DNA from: Geopsychrobacteraceae bacterium
Lineage (GTDB): Bacteria > Desulfobacterota > Desulfuromonadia > Desulfuromonadales > Geopsychrobacteraceae
DNA length: 64,000 nucleotides
NCBI GenBank assembly: GCA_963662315.1
Contig: OY759353.1
Coordinates: 1,920,001-1,984,000, forward strand
Direction: 5' to 3'
Shown here one piece after another: positions 1 to 11,413 of the stretch. Both the position numbers and the translations under genes were made by a program. How positions within the stretch are numbered: the stretch's first letter is position 1; the number at the start of each line of letters is the position of its first letter. The notes beneath the pieces are model-generated. The model made no database searches. It was not told where the DNA came from and worked only from the letters and a program-made list of their open reading frames with translations.

Positions 1-1267
1 AACGGGCGTGAGCCTGCAGTCCCTCAAGACCAGCGATATGTTCAATATCATCCCCCAGCCGATCAAGTCCTTGCGGGGTCAGATAGATCAAGCTCGATTT
101 TTTGACAAAATCATCAAGGGACAAAGGTGAGAAGAACCGCGCGGTACCGCCAGTCGGTAAGGTGTGATTCGGCCCGGCCAGATAATCGCCTGCAGCTTCG
201 GGGGTATAGTGTCCCATGAAGATGGCTCCAGCATGCTTGATTCCGGCCACAATGGCAAACGGGTTATCGACCGCCAGCTCCAGGTGCTCGGGGGCGATAC
301 GATTGGAGAAATCGATAGCTTCGCTCAGATCCTTGGCAACGATGATCGCACTATAGTCATCAATCGATTTGCGGGCAATTGCTTCACGGCTCAGCTGTGT
401 CAGCTGTGCTTCAACCTGTTGCTGAACGGCGGCGGCCATCTTTTCACAACTGGTCACCAGCACCGCCGATGCCAACTCATCGTGTTCAGCCTGCGACAGG
501 AGATCGGCAGCGATATGAGCGGCATTGCCACTGCCATCATTAATGACCAGAATTTCGCTGGGACCGGCGATCATATCAATATCGACATGGCCAAAAACCA
601 ACTGCTTGGCCGTTGCAACATAGATGTTGCCGGGACCGGTAATCTTATCAACTTTGGGAATGGTTGCCGTACCGAAAGCCAGTGCTGCAACGGCCTGGGC
701 TCCACCAACTTTGAAAATCCGGTCGACCCCGGCGATTTTAGCCGCCGCCAGAACGTGGGGATTAACCTCACCACCGGGCATCGGCACAACCATGATAAGG
801 TCTTCAACTCCAGCGACCTTGGCAGGCACAGCATTCATCAATACGGAAGAGGGATAGGCAGCCTTGCCCCCCGGCACATAAATACCGACCCGGTCAAGGG
901 GACGAACCATCTGCCCGACCAGAACATCGCTTTCATCAGTCGACAGCCAGGTTTCCTGCTTCTGCTTGGCATGGTAACGGGCAATCCGATCGTGAGCAAG
1001 TTGTAGTGCCTGCATGGAGCGCTCATCAACTCTGGCACAGGCCGCATCGATTTCAGCCCGGGAGACTTCCACGGTCTCGGCAGTCAGCTCAAGGCGGTCA
1101 AAGCGAGCCGTCAACTCGAACACCGCGGCATCACCACGCTTGCGAACATCAGCAATAATCCCCTTGACGGTGTCGACAATACCGTCAGGCACAGCTTCGG
1201 CACGCTCCTCAATGCGGCGAAACTGTTCGGCGAAATCGCTATCGCTAAATCTCAGAATTCTGATCAT
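1..1267 (-). CDS. hisD: histidinol dehydrogenase (3' end runs off the window)
   Basis: Manual translation from ATG at 1267: MIRILRFSDSDFAEQFRR...IIADVRKRGDAAVFELTARFDR, later VGIYVPGGKAAYPSSVLMNAVPA and IDMIAGPSEILV motifs; directly downstream of hisG; absent from the ORF track because no stop lies inside the window. Confidence 0.95.
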   Translation of the reverse strand, partial: MIRILRFSDSDFAEQFRRIEERAEAVPDGIVDTVKGIIADVRKRGDAAVFELTARFDRLELTAETVEVSRAEIDAACARVDERSMQALQLAHDRIARYHAKQKQETWLSTDESDVLVGQMVRPLDRVGIYVPGGKAAYPSSVLMNAVPAKVAGVEDLIMVVPMPGGEVNPHVLAAAKIAGVDRIFKVGGAQAVAALAFGTATIPKVDKITGPGNIYVATAKQLVFGHVDIDMIAGPSEILVINDGSGNAAHIAADLLSQAEHDELASAVLVTSCEKMAAAVQQQVEAQLTQLSREAIARKSIDDYSAIIVAKDLSEAIDFSNRIAPEHLELAVDNPFAIVAGIKHAGAIFMGHYTPEAAGDYLAGPNHTLPTGGTARFFSPLSLDDFVKKSSLIYLTPQGLDRLGDDIEHIAGLEGLQAHAR

Positions 1268-1299
1268 GCTCTTTCTCCATAGCCCCCGTCATATACTGA

Positions 1300-1962
1300 T
1301 TACAGGGAAATTCTGACTTCGTCCCCGATATATTTCTCAAGTCCTTCAATAATCCTGCTGATGCGCTGGTACTTGGTTTTCAGACTGGCGGGATTGACAA
1401 TAAGTCGACTGGTTATCTCGGCGATGGTTTCAACCTCGACCAAATTATTGGCTCTCATGGTTCCCCCAGTCGAAACCAGGTCGACAATCCGCTCTGATAA
1501 ACCAACCAGAGGTGCCAGTTCAATGGAGCCATACAGTTTGATTAATTCAACCTGAACCCCTTTGCTGGCAAAATAACGCTCGGTAATATTCGGGTACTTG
1601 GTCGCTACACGAATATTCGACCAATTCAGGGGGTTGTCCGATTCCTGCAAAGCCTTTGGTTCTGCAACAACCAGTCGGCAATAGCCGAATTTGAGATCGA
1701 GAGGTTCATAAAGGTTCTTCCCCTGCTCCAGCAGGGTATCCTTACCAACCACGCCAAGGTCGGCACATCCGTATTCAACATAAGTCGGCACATCCGTCGC
1801 ACGGACAGCCATGAAACGGAACTTCTGCTCAGGATTTTCAAAAACCAGCTTGCGGCTTCCCTCGTCCATTTCCGGACAGGTAATACCGATCTTGCCAAAC
1901 AGTTCCATTGAATCCTGCATGATCCGCCCTTTGGGCAGTGCGAAGGTAATCCAGTCACTCAT
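1300..1962 (-). CDS. hisG: ATP phosphoribosyltransferase, short form (HisZ-dependent)
   Basis: ITFALPKGRI, DLGVVGKD, RVATKYP, KLYGSIELAPLVGLSERIVDLVSTGGT motifs; 220 aa, no C-terminal regulatory domain. Confidence 0.97.
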   Translation of the reverse strand: MSDWITFALPKGRIMQDSMELFGKIGITCPEMDEGSRKLVFENPEQKFRFMAVRATDVPTYVEYGCADLGVVGKDTLLEQGKNLYEPLDLKFGYCRLVVAEPKALQESDNPLNWSNIRVATKYPNITERYFASKGVQVELIKLYGSIELAPLVGLSERIVDLVSTGGTMRANNLVEVETIAEITSRLIVNPASLKTKYQRISRIIEGLEKYIGDEVRISL

Positions 1963-2078
1963 CGTTTACTCCTGCAATAATTCATATCAAGATAGATTTA
2001 TTCAAACACATTAAAAGTTCAGCAAGCAAGGGTTGCAACACGACATTGACGTCTTGGCAAACACAATCCGGCGTTTTG

Positions 2079-3332
2079 CTACTCCTTCTCCCGCCAGATA
2101 CGTGCCCCCAGAGCCGCAAGTTTCTCTTCAATTCTCTCATAACCACGGTCAAGATGATAAATACGTGAGACTTCAGTTGTATTTTCTGAAGCCAGGCCCG
2201 CCAGAATCAACGAGGCACTGGCACGCAAATCCGTGGCCATAACCGGCGCACCAGTCATTTGCGTGGTTCCGCGAATGATGGCGCTGTGCCCATCAATCTG
2301 GATATCCGCACCCATGCGCTGTAATTCGCAGACATGCATGAAACGGTTTTCAAAAACCGTCTCGGAAATTTTGCTGGTCCCTTCGGCCCTGGCCATCAAG
2401 GCCATAAATTGAGCCTGCATATCGGTGGGAAAGCCGGGGAAGACGCTGGTCCTGATATCAACCGCCCTGGGCCGTTCAGGTCCGATAACCCGCAGGCCAC
2501 CAGGCTCTTCCCGCACCGTAACACCTGCACTTTCCAGCTTGCTGATCAGGGCTTCAAGATCACTGCGTAGCGCGTCCTTAACCAACACATTCCCACCGGT
2601 AATGGCCGCCGCAATCATAAACGTGCCCGCTTCGATCCGGTCGGGAATCACCCGACACTGTAAAGGGTCAAGCTTTTCAACCCCCTGAATTCTGATGACT
2701 GCAGTCCCAGCACCACTGATTTTTGCTCCCATACTATTTAGAGCATCGGCCAATTGAACGATTTCCGGTTCCCGGGCCGCATTTTCCAGAATGGTCTCCC
2801 CCGTAGCCAAAGAAGCAGCCATTAACAGATTTTCTGTACCGCCAACCGTCGGCATATCAAACGATATCCGCGCACCGGTTAAACGCTCGGCCGCGGCTTC
2901 GACATAACCATGGTCCAGAGTAATCTTTGCACCTAACAGCTCCAGTCCCTTCAGGTGCAGGTTAATTGGCCGGGCTCCAATAGCACACCCCCCCGGCAAA
3001 CTGACCCGGGCGTGACCACAGCGGGCCAGCAGCGGGCCAAGAACCAGAACCGAGGCGCGCATGGTTTTGACCAGGTCATAAGGGGCTTCGACACTTTCAA
3101 TCTGGCTGGCATCGATACGGAAGCAAGCCCCATCCCTGCTGACCTCAGCACCAAGAGTTTCCAGCAATTTAGCTGCAGTATTAATATCACGCAGCCCCGG
3201 AATGTTGGTTAATTCACTAGTTCCGGAGCTCAGCAAGGTCGCAAACAGCAGGGGGAGCGCCGAATTTTTCGCACCGCCCACCTGAATCTCACCATTGAGG
3301 GTTACACCACCTTTGATGACAATCTTATCCAA
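2079..3332 (-). CDS. murA: UDP-N-acetylglucosamine 1-carboxyvinyltransferase
   Basis: [19 protein letters not shown] (catalytic Cys), [29 protein letters not shown]. Confidence 0.98.
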   Translation of the reverse strand: MDKIVIKGGVTLNGEIQVGGAKNSALPLLFATLLSSGTSELTNIPGLRDINTAAKLLETLGAEVSRDGACFRIDASQIESVEAPYDLVKTMRASVLVLGPLLARCGHARVSLPGGCAIGARPINLHLKGLELLGAKITLDHGYVEAAAERLTGARISFDMPTVGGTENLLMAASLATGETILENAAREPEIVQLADALNSMGAKISGAGTAVIRIQGVEKLDPLQCRVIPDRIEAGTFMIAAAITGGNVLVKDALRSDLEALISKLESAGVTVREEPGGLRVIGPERPRAVDIRTSVFPGFPTDMQAQFMALMARAEGTSKISETVFENRFMHVCELQRMGADIQIDGHSAIIRGTTQMTGAPVMATDLRASASLILAGLASENTTEVSRIYHLDRGYERIEEKLAALGARIWREKE

Positions 3333-3433
3333 AACCTGGACTCACTTTCTTATATAGGCTTCGCCTGGCAATCTACCCTGTCCAGCGAAAATTCCTGTAA
3401 ATTGACCATAATATCTCACCAGGCCAATGATCA

Positions 3434-4291
3434 TTATTTGCAACAGCCACCAACAACCCGTGGCAAACCGGCGTAATCGTTGCGCAGGTAGATGTCCTGC
3501 AGCCCCGCATCAACAAATAGCTGCTTGACGGCATCACCTTGAGTCGCACCAATTTCGACCAACAACCAACCGCCCTTAGTCAGGTGGCTGGTCGCCTGGG
3601 CGGCCAGCAAGCGATAACAGACCAGTCCGTTCTCTTCTGCCAGCAAAGCCATCCGGGGTTCATGGCAGCGCACCTCAGGCATGAGATCATCCCATTCCGA
3701 GCTTGCAATGTAAGGAGGATTAGAAACGATGAGATCATACGTCTGTTCAGGCAAACAGGCAAGGTTTCCCTGGATCCATTCCAGCCGGTCACCGAGTCCG
3801 TTAAGCTGACCATTGTTCTGGGCCACGGCAAGTGCGGCGGGGGACAGATCGAGACCTGTAACCTGGCAAGCTGGCAGTTCTCCAGCCAGGCTGACAGCGA
3901 TAGCCCCACTGCCGGTGCCAACATCCAGTATCCGGCCCGGTACTTTAGGGGCATGGCGAAGAGCTTCTTCAACAAGAATTTCCGTATCGGGACGCGGTAT
4001 CAGAACATCTGGGGTAACACCAAAGCGGCGTGACCAGAATTCAGTATAGCCAAGCAGATATTGTAATGGCTCACGCTGCCCCCGTTTTTTAACCAACGGC
4101 CGGATCCGGTCGAGTTCGTGAGCATCCAGAGGGCGATCATAATTCAGATAGATGCCTACGCGGTCGACCTTGAGAACTTCTGCAAGGAGCAACTCTGCAT
4201 CAAGCCGGGGGGAGTCGATGCCTTTTTCCTGGAAATACCCGGTCATCCAGCGCAGCATTTTCAGCACGGTCCAGGTTTCAGACAATGTCAA
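3434..4291 (-). CDS. prmC: release factor glutamine methyltransferase
   Basis: [32 protein letters not shown]; overlaps the prfA stop. Confidence 0.96.
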   Translation of the reverse strand: MTLSETWTVLKMLRWMTGYFQEKGIDSPRLDAELLLAEVLKVDRVGIYLNYDRPLDAHELDRIRPLVKKRGQREPLQYLLGYTEFWSRRFGVTPDVLIPRPDTEILVEEALRHAPKVPGRILDVGTGSGAIAVSLAGELPACQVTGLDLSPAALAVAQNNGQLNGLGDRLEWIQGNLACLPEQTYDLIVSNPPYIASSEWDDLMPEVRCHEPRMALLAEENGLVCYRLLAAQATSHLTKGGWLLVEIGATQGDAVKQLFVDAGLQDIYLRNDYAGLPRVVGGCCK

Positions 4292-5355
4292 GACTCCTGC
4301 TGACTCATCTGAGCAGCTTGCTGATCAGTAATCAGGGCATCAATCACTTCATCCACATCCCCCTGCATAATGGCATCAAGCTTATAAAGAGTCAGGCCGA
4401 TGCGGTGATCTGTACAGCGCCCCTGGGGGAAATTGTAGGTCCGGATCCGCTCGCTACGATCACCACTGCCAACCTGATTTTTGCGATCAGCAGCCATCTC
4501 GGCCTGCTGTGCAGCCAGCATCTGATCGAAAATTCGCGATTGCAAAACCTTGAGAGCCTTGGCCTTGTTTTTGTGCTGAGATTTTTCTTCCTGACAGGCA
4601 ACGACAACCCCGGTCGGAATGTGGGTCAGACGCACAGCCGACTCGGTCTTATTAACGTGCTGACCACCCGACCCAGAAGAACGGTACAGATCGATACGCA
4701 AATCGGCAGGATTGATCTCAATATCAACGTCTTCTGCCTCGGGAAGAACCGCTACGGTGCAAGCCGAAGTATGAATACGTCCCTGCGTTTCGGTTTCCGG
4801 AACCCGCTGAACACGGTGGGTTCCGCTTTCGAATTTCAGTCGAGAATAGACACGCTCACCGCTGATCAGGGCGATTATTTCCTTGAATCCTCCCCCGTCC
4901 GTTTCAGAGACACTCATCACCTCGACCTTCCAGCGATTTCGATCGGCGTAGCGTGAATACATACGGTATAAATCAGCAGCGAATAATGCCGCTTCGTCAC
5001 CACCGGTCCCGGCTCGAATTTCAAGAATGATATTTTTGTCGTCGTTAGGATCTTTCGGCAGTAACAGGATCCGCAGCTGATCTTCCAGCTGGTGCTGACG
5101 TTCCTCAAGCTCGGGAAGTTCAGCCTTGGCCAGTTCTTTCATTTCGGGATCATTGTCCTGCAGCAGTTCGCGGTTTCCGGCACTGTCAGAAACGACCTGT
5201 TTATACGCGTTATAAGTCGTAACGACCTCGACCAGATCAGCGTGTTCCTTGGTGAGTTCCCGATATTTTTTCTGATCCCCGATCACGGCAGGATCAGACA
5301 GTAGGCCCTCCACCTCACGAAAACGGTCTACAACATCTTCCAAATTTGCGAACAT
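4288..5355 (-). CDS. prfA: peptide chain release factor 1
   Basis: [19 protein letters not shown] (PxT motif of RF1), SGSGGQHVN (GGQ), [14 protein letters not shown]. Confidence 0.98.
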   Translation of the reverse strand: MFANLEDVVDRFREVEGLLSDPAVIGDQKKYRELTKEHADLVEVVTTYNAYKQVVSDSAGNRELLQDNDPEMKELAKAELPELEERQHQLEDQLRILLLPKDPNDDKNIILEIRAGTGGDEAALFAADLYRMYSRYADRNRWKVEVMSVSETDGGGFKEIIALISGERVYSRLKFESGTHRVQRVPETETQGRIHTSACTVAVLPEAEDVDIEINPADLRIDLYRSSGSGGQHVNKTESAVRLTHIPTGVVVACQEEKSQHKNKAKALKVLQSRIFDQMLAAQQAEMAADRKNQVGSGDRSERIRTYNFPQGRCTDHRIGLTLYKLDAIMQGDVDEVIDALITDQQAAQMSQQES

Positions 5356-5409
5356 AACTTTTTATATCCCGACAGTAATTTTTAGAATCAGAAATAAAGC
5401 AAAATGAAC

Positions 5410-5441
5410 AAAAAAAGGCGGCCTCAACGGGCCGCCTTTTT
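5410..5441 (-). terminator. intrinsic terminator after rpmE
   Basis: AAAAAGGCGGCC-CGTTGA-GGCCGCC-TTTTTTT hairpin plus U tract on the minus strand. Confidence 0.8.
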
Positions 5442-5456
5442 CTTATTCCTACCCGA

Positions 5457-5660
5457 TTACTTCTGGGCGTATTTTTTACGGAAACGCTCAATACGTCCGG
5501 CGGTATCAATAAGCTTCTGCTTTCCAGTGTAGAATGGGTGGCAAGCGGAACAGATTTCTGTGTGGATCTCTTCTGCTACAGTAGAACGGGTTTCAAAGCT
5601 ATTGCCACAGTCACAACGTACTGCCACAACTTCATATTTTGGGTGGATGCCCTCTTTCAT
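5457..5660 (-). CDS. rpmE: 50S ribosomal protein L31 (Zn-binding type)
   Basis: [36 protein letters not shown]. Confidence 0.98.
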   Translation of the reverse strand: MKEGIHPKYEVVAVRCDCGNSFETRSTVAEEIHTEICSACHPFYTGKQKLIDTAGRIERFRKKYAQK

Positions 5661-5815
5661 AACTGTCTCCTTAGCGGCCTGGCTGGTGTACAGACCATGG
5701 TAATTGGTTCAAACAAAGCGGTTAAATAACACTTTTCCCGATATTGGGCAAGCACTTATGTGTGATTTGAAAAAAATCTGCCGACCGCCTGCCAAATATC
5801 AAAAATACATTAAGA

Positions 5816-7063
5816 TTACTGGTTCATGGAATCAAGGAACTGTTGATTGGTTTCAGTCTCAGCCAGTTTCTCAATCAGGAACTCCATACTATCAACCGTA
5901 TTCATGGATGAGAGAACCTTGCGCAGCAGCCAGGTCCGCTGCATCTGGGTCGGATCAACCAGCAGATCTTCTTTACGGGTACCGGAACGGTTAATATCCA
6001 TGGCCGGGAAGGTTCGCTTGTCGGCAAGCCGGCGGTCAAGATGCAGTTCCATATTACCGGTCCCTTTAAACTCTTCAAAGATAACCTCATCCATCTTACT
6101 GCCGGTATCAATCAGAGCGGTCGCAATAATAGTCAGACTGCCCCCTTCCTCAATATTCCGAGCGGCACCGAAAAAACGTTTGGGCTTGTGCAGGGCGTGC
6201 GCGTCAACACCACCGGAAAGAATTTTACCGCTGGAAGGGATAATCGTATTGTAAGCACGGGCCAGACGGGTAATGGAGTCGAGAAGGATAACAACGTCGC
6301 GCTTGTGCTCAACCAGGCGCCGGGCTTTTTCAATAACCATCTCAGCAACCTGAACGTGACGATTGGCGGGCTCGTCAAAGGTGGAGGAAATAACCTCACC
6401 ATTAACATTGCGCTGCATATCGGTAACCTCTTCAGGCCGCTCATCAATTAGAAGAACGATCAGGTAGACCTCGGGATGGTTCTGCGAAATTGAGTTGGCA
6501 ATATTCTGCAGCAGGACAGTTTTACCAGTACGCGGCGGGGCCACAATAAGACCACGCTGCCCCTTACCGATAGGAGCCACCAGATCCATGATCCGGGTTG
6601 AATAATTACTGGCAGAAGTTTCAAGCACCAGCTGTTCTTCAGGGTAAAGCGGCGTCAGGTTATCGAAAAAGGTCTTTTCGCGCATTTTTGCCGGGTCTTC
6701 AAAGTTAACTTCGGAAACCTTCAGCAGAGCAAAATAACGCTCCCCTTCTTTCGGTGGCCGGATCTGGCCGGCAACCGTATCCCCGGTACGCAACCCGAAA
6801 CGACGAATCTGGGACGGAGAGATGTAAATGTCATCAGGGCCGGGCAGATAGTTGGCATCAGGGGCACGTAAAAAACCGAATCCATCAGGCAGAATTTCCA
6901 GAACACCCTCGCCAAAAATGGCCTTTTTCTGGGCAGCAGTGGCCTTCAGGATATTGAAAACCAGGTCCTGACGGCGCATTCCGCCGATTTCTTCAAGACC
7001 CAGATCCTTCCCGAAAGCGATAAGTTCTGAGATTTTTGTCTGCTTTAAGTCCTTTAGATTCAT
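5816..7063 (-). CDS. rho: transcription termination factor Rho
   Basis: [62 protein letters not shown]; start placed at ATG 7063 (MNLKDLK) behind a GGAG RBS instead of GTG 7108. Confidence 0.97.
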   Translation of the reverse strand: MNLKDLKQTKISELIAFGKDLGLEEIGGMRRQDLVFNILKATAAQKKAIFGEGVLEILPDGFGFLRAPDANYLPGPDDIYISPSQIRRFGLRTGDTVAGQIRPPKEGERYFALLKVSEVNFEDPAKMREKTFFDNLTPLYPEEQLVLETSASNYSTRIMDLVAPIGKGQRGLIVAPPRTGKTVLLQNIANSISQNHPEVYLIVLLIDERPEEVTDMQRNVNGEVISSTFDEPANRHVQVAEMVIEKARRLVEHKRDVVILLDSITRLARAYNTIIPSSGKILSGGVDAHALHKPKRFFGAARNIEEGGSLTIIATALIDTGSKMDEVIFEEFKGTGNMELHLDRRLADKRTFPAMDINRSGTRKEDLLVDPTQMQRTWLLRKVLSSMNTVDSMEFLIEKLAETETNQQFLDSMNQ

Positions 7064-7363
7064 AAAATTGTCTCCAGCCCTGTTTCCAGGGGATACCCGG
7101 CGATCCACGTGATCACCACACTGATAATAAGTCGTGATATCAAAAGTTACTTTCGATTATTGGCTTTTGGATTATTGATATTTAGAATTGGTAGTTTATA
7201 TATTTTATAAAAAGAATACGCGTCTTGTTCTTGGCAGTTCTTTTGTCTACTTTTTTTGATTGGTTCAAACGGAAAATTATATATCTTGAAGGGTCTTATA
7301 TCTTCAAACCTGTCAGCTGAGCAGGGAATAAAGCGGGCAGGCGACATTAGCTTAATACCAAAG

Positions 7364-7392
7364 CTTGTACCCGCTTTACCCCTTAGTGTCAA
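7364..7392 (-). promoter_or_regulatory. putative sigma70 promoter of rho
   Basis: TTGACA-17 nt-TACAAG on the minus strand about 300 nt upstream of the rho start. Confidence 0.45.
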
Positions 7393-7442
7393 CAAACAAT
7401 TTCGCTTTCAGTTATTTTTCAAAACAACTGTTTACTTTTTAA

Positions 7443-8219
7443 TCAGCGCAGGGAATCAAGCAGACCAGGGCTTATTCCTGAGGCGATCTTCTGAAACAGC
7501 TCATCATACATCTTGGGCAACGTCCTGACACCATTGCGGTCAGGGTCTTCATCGAGCATCGGTTCAACTCCCGCCATGCTGACATTTTTTACCCGTACAA
7601 CATCCGTATGGTTGTAATAGGCTTCATCAAAATCAGGATATTGAAGAGCAAACGGCTGAAAGGCATCATCCCCTGTCAATTGCCAGAGCACCTGCCCGTT
7701 GCGGTCGACAACAGCTGCAGTCGCCAACAAATCACTGTAGGTCGTGGTTAAGGTTTCAAGTTTGGTGCGGGAACGCCGCGTTTCGCTAACCTGCTCCCCG
7801 GAAAAAACCACAACCAGCAACGCATCGACAACGTTGCGCCGGGCAATTTCCATCACCGTAGCGGTGTCGAATGCATAACCGGCCGGACGTCCGTTAGCGT
7901 CATGAGCACTGCCCCGCCCAAGCAGAGACATCGTTGTCAGTTGAGTATCGACATCGAGAGCCCGGACGTCGAAATAGCCTTTTTTAAGGACCAGCTCTTC
8001 AACCAGATTCAGATGTTTCCCCTTGGCGGAACTGGCCAGGCGGTCAATGAGCCATTCTTTGTCAGGGTAATTCATCTGCGAATTACGATCGACCATAAGC
8101 GGCAACACTCCCAGGACCTGAACCCGGGTCTGATACTCCTGCTTGGGAATATGAAAAGTCCCGCTACTGCAACCAGAGACCAAGATCAAACTGAAAAACG
8201 CGAGAAAAAACTTCTTCAT
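7443..8219 (-). CDS. hypothetical lipoprotein
   Basis: MKKFFLAFFSLILVSGC signal peptide with lipobox; AGGAGA RBS; no family recognised. Confidence 0.8.
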   Translation of the reverse strand: MKKFFLAFFSLILVSGCSSGTFHIPKQEYQTRVQVLGVLPLMVDRNSQMNYPDKEWLIDRLASSAKGKHLNLVEELVLKKGYFDVRALDVDTQLTTMSLLGRGSAHDANGRPAGYAFDTATVMEIARRNVVDALLVVVFSGEQVSETRRSRTKLETLTTTYSDLLATAAVVDRNGQVLWQLTGDDAFQPFALQYPDFDEAYYNHTDVVRVKNVSMAGVEPMLDEDPDRNGVRTLPKMYDELFQKIASGISPGLLDSLR

Positions 8220-8349
8220 TTAATAAATCTCCTTTGCGAGCCGGAAACACGCCACAGCAAAACAGCCGAGGGCAGTCTCCAACAAATAAGACATTAACAG
8301 AGAGTCTGAGAATTTCAACCACCAAGTAAATTATCATGAAACGCGCCTC

Positions 8350-9273
8350 TTAACAAAATTCAACTGATCGATTATGCGCAGGCACTTTATCAAGACGGAA
8401 AAACTGAGTCCCCCAGGCCAGCAACTCAGGTCCTGACGCGTTTATTAATGCATCTGGTGGCTGCTGTCCTAAAAATTCGAGGGCATACCAGAGTAATCTT
8501 GGACCATTTTCTTTTGTAACCACGCCAGCAGGCCCATCGCGCTTGCTCAGCTTTTCGGAATTACGCCCAAGAGCCAAAGGCAGATGATAATAGGTCGGGA
8601 CGGGTTTCCCAAAACAGCGATAAAGGAAGATCTGCCGTGGGGTAGAAAAAAGCAGATCAGCACCACGCACAATCTGGTTAACTCCGGCAGCGATATCGTC
8701 AGCGACAACGGCCAGCTGATAAGCAAACTGCCCGTCGGCCCGATGCAGGACAAAATCACCGACCTGCTGTTCCAGATTCTGCTGTTGCTCCCCCTGGATC
8801 CCATCACAATAAGAAATTGATTGATCTGGCACCCTGATGCGTACGGCGCTTTGCCCGCTATCTTTTTTCTGCGGCCCCTGGCGACAGGTCCCTGGGTAAA
8901 CAGGACCCTCCTCGCCAACATGAGGTGCACTGGCCAAAACTTCGCGCCTTGAACAGGTACATTCGAAAAGTCGACCGGCACGTTTTAATTCTGCGAGTCT
9001 GTCATGATATAAGCCGTGGCGCTGGCTTTGCCAGACAATCTCACCATCCCACTCGAAGCCAAGAGCTTCAAGGGAGCGGATCATGGCATCAGCTGCACCA
9101 GCAACAATTCGAGGCGGATCCAAGTCTTCGATCCTCAGCAACCAACGGCCACCCACGGAACGCACCGCAAGATAACTGCCCAACGCGGCAACCAGAGTGC
9201 CAAAATGCAAGGGGCCGGTGGGGCTTGGCGCAAAACGTCCGACTGTCACTTTATGTTTCATTTTTACAGACAT
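8350..9273 (-). CDS. gluQ: glutamyl-Q tRNA(Asp) synthetase
   Basis: GRFAPSPTGPLHFGT, LRIEDLD, CTCSR...YPGTCR, YQLAVVADD, IVRGADL, KLSKR; about 300 aa with no anticodon-binding domain. Confidence 0.92.
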   Translation of the reverse strand: MSVKMKHKVTVGRFAPSPTGPLHFGTLVAALGSYLAVRSVGGRWLLRIEDLDPPRIVAGAADAMIRSLEALGFEWDGEIVWQSQRHGLYHDRLAELKRAGRLFECTCSRREVLASAPHVGEEGPVYPGTCRQGPQKKDSGQSAVRIRVPDQSISYCDGIQGEQQQNLEQQVGDFVLHRADGQFAYQLAVVADDIAAGVNQIVRGADLLFSTPRQIFLYRCFGKPVPTYYHLPLALGRNSEKLSKRDGPAGVVTKENGPRLLWYALEFLGQQPPDALINASGPELLAWGTQFFRLDKVPAHNRSVEFC

Positions 9274-9422
9274 TGGAAGAAACCCCTTTCCGCCGCATAA
9301 TTGCCCGGTACGAAACGGTTGTCAACATCACAGTCCGGCAAATCCCACAAGATGGGATTGACAAGAATCCCAGCAACGTGTATTTATTACCCGAAAAGTT
9401 AACATTGAGGAGGTAGAACAAA

Positions 9423-9851
9423 GTGGTTATAACCCGGGCAACAGAATATGCAGTACGAACCGTTATTTATCTGGCACAGCAGCCTAAGAGTGAAATTGTT
9501 CTGAAAAAGGACATCTGCCGCACTCAGGATGTGACCCCTGCATTTCTCACAAAAATCCTGCAGCCACTCATTAAAGCTGGCATTGTGAGCTCTCAGCGAG
9601 GTGTAGGCGGTGGTTTTCTGCTGGCCCGTGACGCCAGTGAAATCACCCTTTTTGACATCCTCCAGGCGGAGGAAGGCCCGCTGAAAATCAACCACTGCCT
9701 GATCGATTCAGAATCTTGCAATCGCGACGCTTATTGTTCTGCTCACGACGCCTGGTATGAGGCACAAATGGAACTTGCCATGGTCCTGAAAAAATACAAT
9801 ATAGCGTACCTGGTCAAGAGTCAGAAAGAGAAACAGGAGAAGCTGAAATAG
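9423..9851 (+). CDS. Rrf2-family transcriptional regulator (three C-terminal Cys, possible Fe-S ligands)
   Basis: ITRATEYAVR, FLTKILQPL, SQRGVGGGFLLAR, C-x6-C-x5-C; GAGGAGG RBS before the GTG start. Confidence 0.92.
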   Translation: MVITRATEYAVRTVIYLAQQPKSEIVLKKDICRTQDVTPAFLTKILQPLIKAGIVSSQRGVGGGFLLARDASEITLFDILQAEEGPLKINHCLIDSESCNRDAYCSAHDAWYEAQMELAMVLKKYNIAYLVKSQKEKQEKLK

Positions 9852-9890
9852 GCCCAGCTGCGGAGCTAAACAGCCCATAACAATAAAATA

Positions 9891-9926
9891 AAAGACATCG
9901 CGGAATTCCGGCGATGTCTTTTTTTT
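9891..9926 (+). terminator. intrinsic terminator after the Rrf2 gene
   Basis: AAAGACATCGC...GCGATGTCTTT followed by a T run. Confidence 0.8.
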
Positions 9927-9949
9927 GTTTCAGCGGTCCGATTCCAGAT

Positions 9950-10032
9950 AAAAAAACCCTGGAGTCCAGGAGGGATAAGGACGTCCAGGGCAAAACAGGG
10001 AGCTGCCACGGCCCCCCGCAACATGGAGTCTT
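9950..10032 (-). ncRNA. candidate sRNA in the amt 3' region
   Basis: TTGACG-16-TACACT at 10039-10066, two hairpins, terminator CCCTGGA(C)GTCC-TTATCCCTCCT-GGACTCCAGGG-T7. Confidence 0.4.
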
Positions 10033-10123
10033 TTCTTAAGTGTACTATGCCGTTGCCGTTCGTCAAATCAAGCTGTCATTTTTTATGCAGCCACAGCGGC
10101 AAAAAGCAGTTTCCGGATAAAAA

Positions 10124-11338
10124 CTAGCGTAGGTTCTCTTCCGGATAGGCATTAATCTGGTGAACCGTCAGATCGGAACCGACAAATTCCTGATCCTGAT
10201 TTAACCGGAACCCGACAGTTTTATCGATCAGCAGGTAAACGACAAAGCTGGTCACAACCGCATAGACCACCGCAAGCAGACTGCCTGCAAGCTGAGCCAC
10301 GAAGGATACACCGCCAATGCCGCCCAAAGCAGAAGATCCGAAAATGCCGGCAGCAATACCACCCCAGGTACCAACGACACCATGCAGAGGCCAGACACCG
10401 AGAACATCATCAATCTTGAGTTTTTCCTGCTCAATCTGAAAACCATAGACAAAGAGCAAAGACCCGATACCACCAACAACAAAGGCTCCAATAGGGTGCA
10501 TGAGATCAGATCCGGCACAGACGGCGATCAGACCGGCCAGGGCACCATTGTGGACAAACCCCGGGTCGTTCCTGCTGGCAAACAGGGCAAACAGCACTCC
10601 GCCAACCATGGCCGCCAAAGAATTTACCGCTACCAGCCCAGAAATACCTTCCAGAGACTGGGCACTCATAACATTGAAGCCAAACCAGCCAACCGCCAGA
10701 ATCCAGCTACCCAAAGCCAGAAAAGGAATATTACTGATAGGAATAGCATTGCTCTTGTTACGCACATAGCGTCCCATGCGCGGCCCAAGAATCAGGACCG
10801 CAGGCAAGGCTAGCCAGCCCCCCAGAGAGTGAACCACGACACTGCCGGCAAAATCGTGAAACTGGGCACCGAAAGTCTGGGCGAAGAAACCTTGCAGGGC
10901 AGCACTGTTTTGCCCCCAGATGACTGACTCGAAAAGCGGATAGGAAAGTCCGGCGAAAACACCTCCGGCAAAGACCTGCGGCCAGAACTTGGCGCGCTCG
11001 GCAATACCACCAGAAATAATAGCAGGGATACAGGCCGCAAAGCACAGCAGGAAAAAGAAGCGGACCAGTTCGTAACCCTGGTTATCGCCCATAAGTCCTG
11101 CGGCAGAGGTGAAAAAGTGAACGCCATAGGAGATAGGATAACCTATGGCAAAATACACAACAGTGGAAACCGACCAGTCGGAAAGGATTTTTACGAAGGC
11201 ATTTACCTGGTTCTTTTCCCGAACGGTACCGACCTCAAGAAAGGCAAAGCCCGCATGCATAGCAAAAACCATAACGGCTCCAAGCAATAAAAAGAGCACA
11301 TCTCCGCCATGCCGTAGCGCTAAAAGCGACAGTTCCAT
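10124..11338 (-). CDS. amt: ammonium transporter (Amt family)
   Basis: MHAGFAFLEVG, IISGGIAER, HDFAGSVVVH, GWFGFN, NGALAGLIA, DDVLGVWPLHG (both pore His present); start at ATG 11338 with GAGGAGG RBS. Confidence 0.95.
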   Translation of the reverse strand: MELSLLALRHGGDVLFLLLGAVMVFAMHAGFAFLEVGTVREKNQVNAFVKILSDWSVSTVVYFAIGYPISYGVHFFTSAAGLMGDNQGYELVRFFFLLCFAACIPAIISGGIAERAKFWPQVFAGGVFAGLSYPLFESVIWGQNSAALQGFFAQTFGAQFHDFAGSVVVHSLGGWLALPAVLILGPRMGRYVRNKSNAIPISNIPFLALGSWILAVGWFGFNVMSAQSLEGISGLVAVNSLAAMVGGVLFALFASRNDPGFVHNGALAGLIAVCAGSDLMHPIGAFVVGGIGSLLFVYGFQIEQEKLKIDDVLGVWPLHGVVGTWGGIAAGIFGSSALGGIGGVSFVAQLAGSLLAVVYAVVTSFVVYLLIDKTVGFRLNQDQEFVGSDLTVHQINAYPEENLR

Positions 11339-11413
11339 TGAATAGACCTCCTCGTCAATATTTCGTTCAACACCATTGTTGAAGCTGATTTTTTGCATAA
11401 ACTCGGTTGTGCA

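Noticed and set aside
164..1006. 280-aa plus-strand ORF
   Set aside because: Antisense shadow of hisD; no recognisable motifs
7147..7528. Two short ORFs in the rho upstream region
   Set aside because: AT-rich, no RBS, overlap the likely rho promoter and leader
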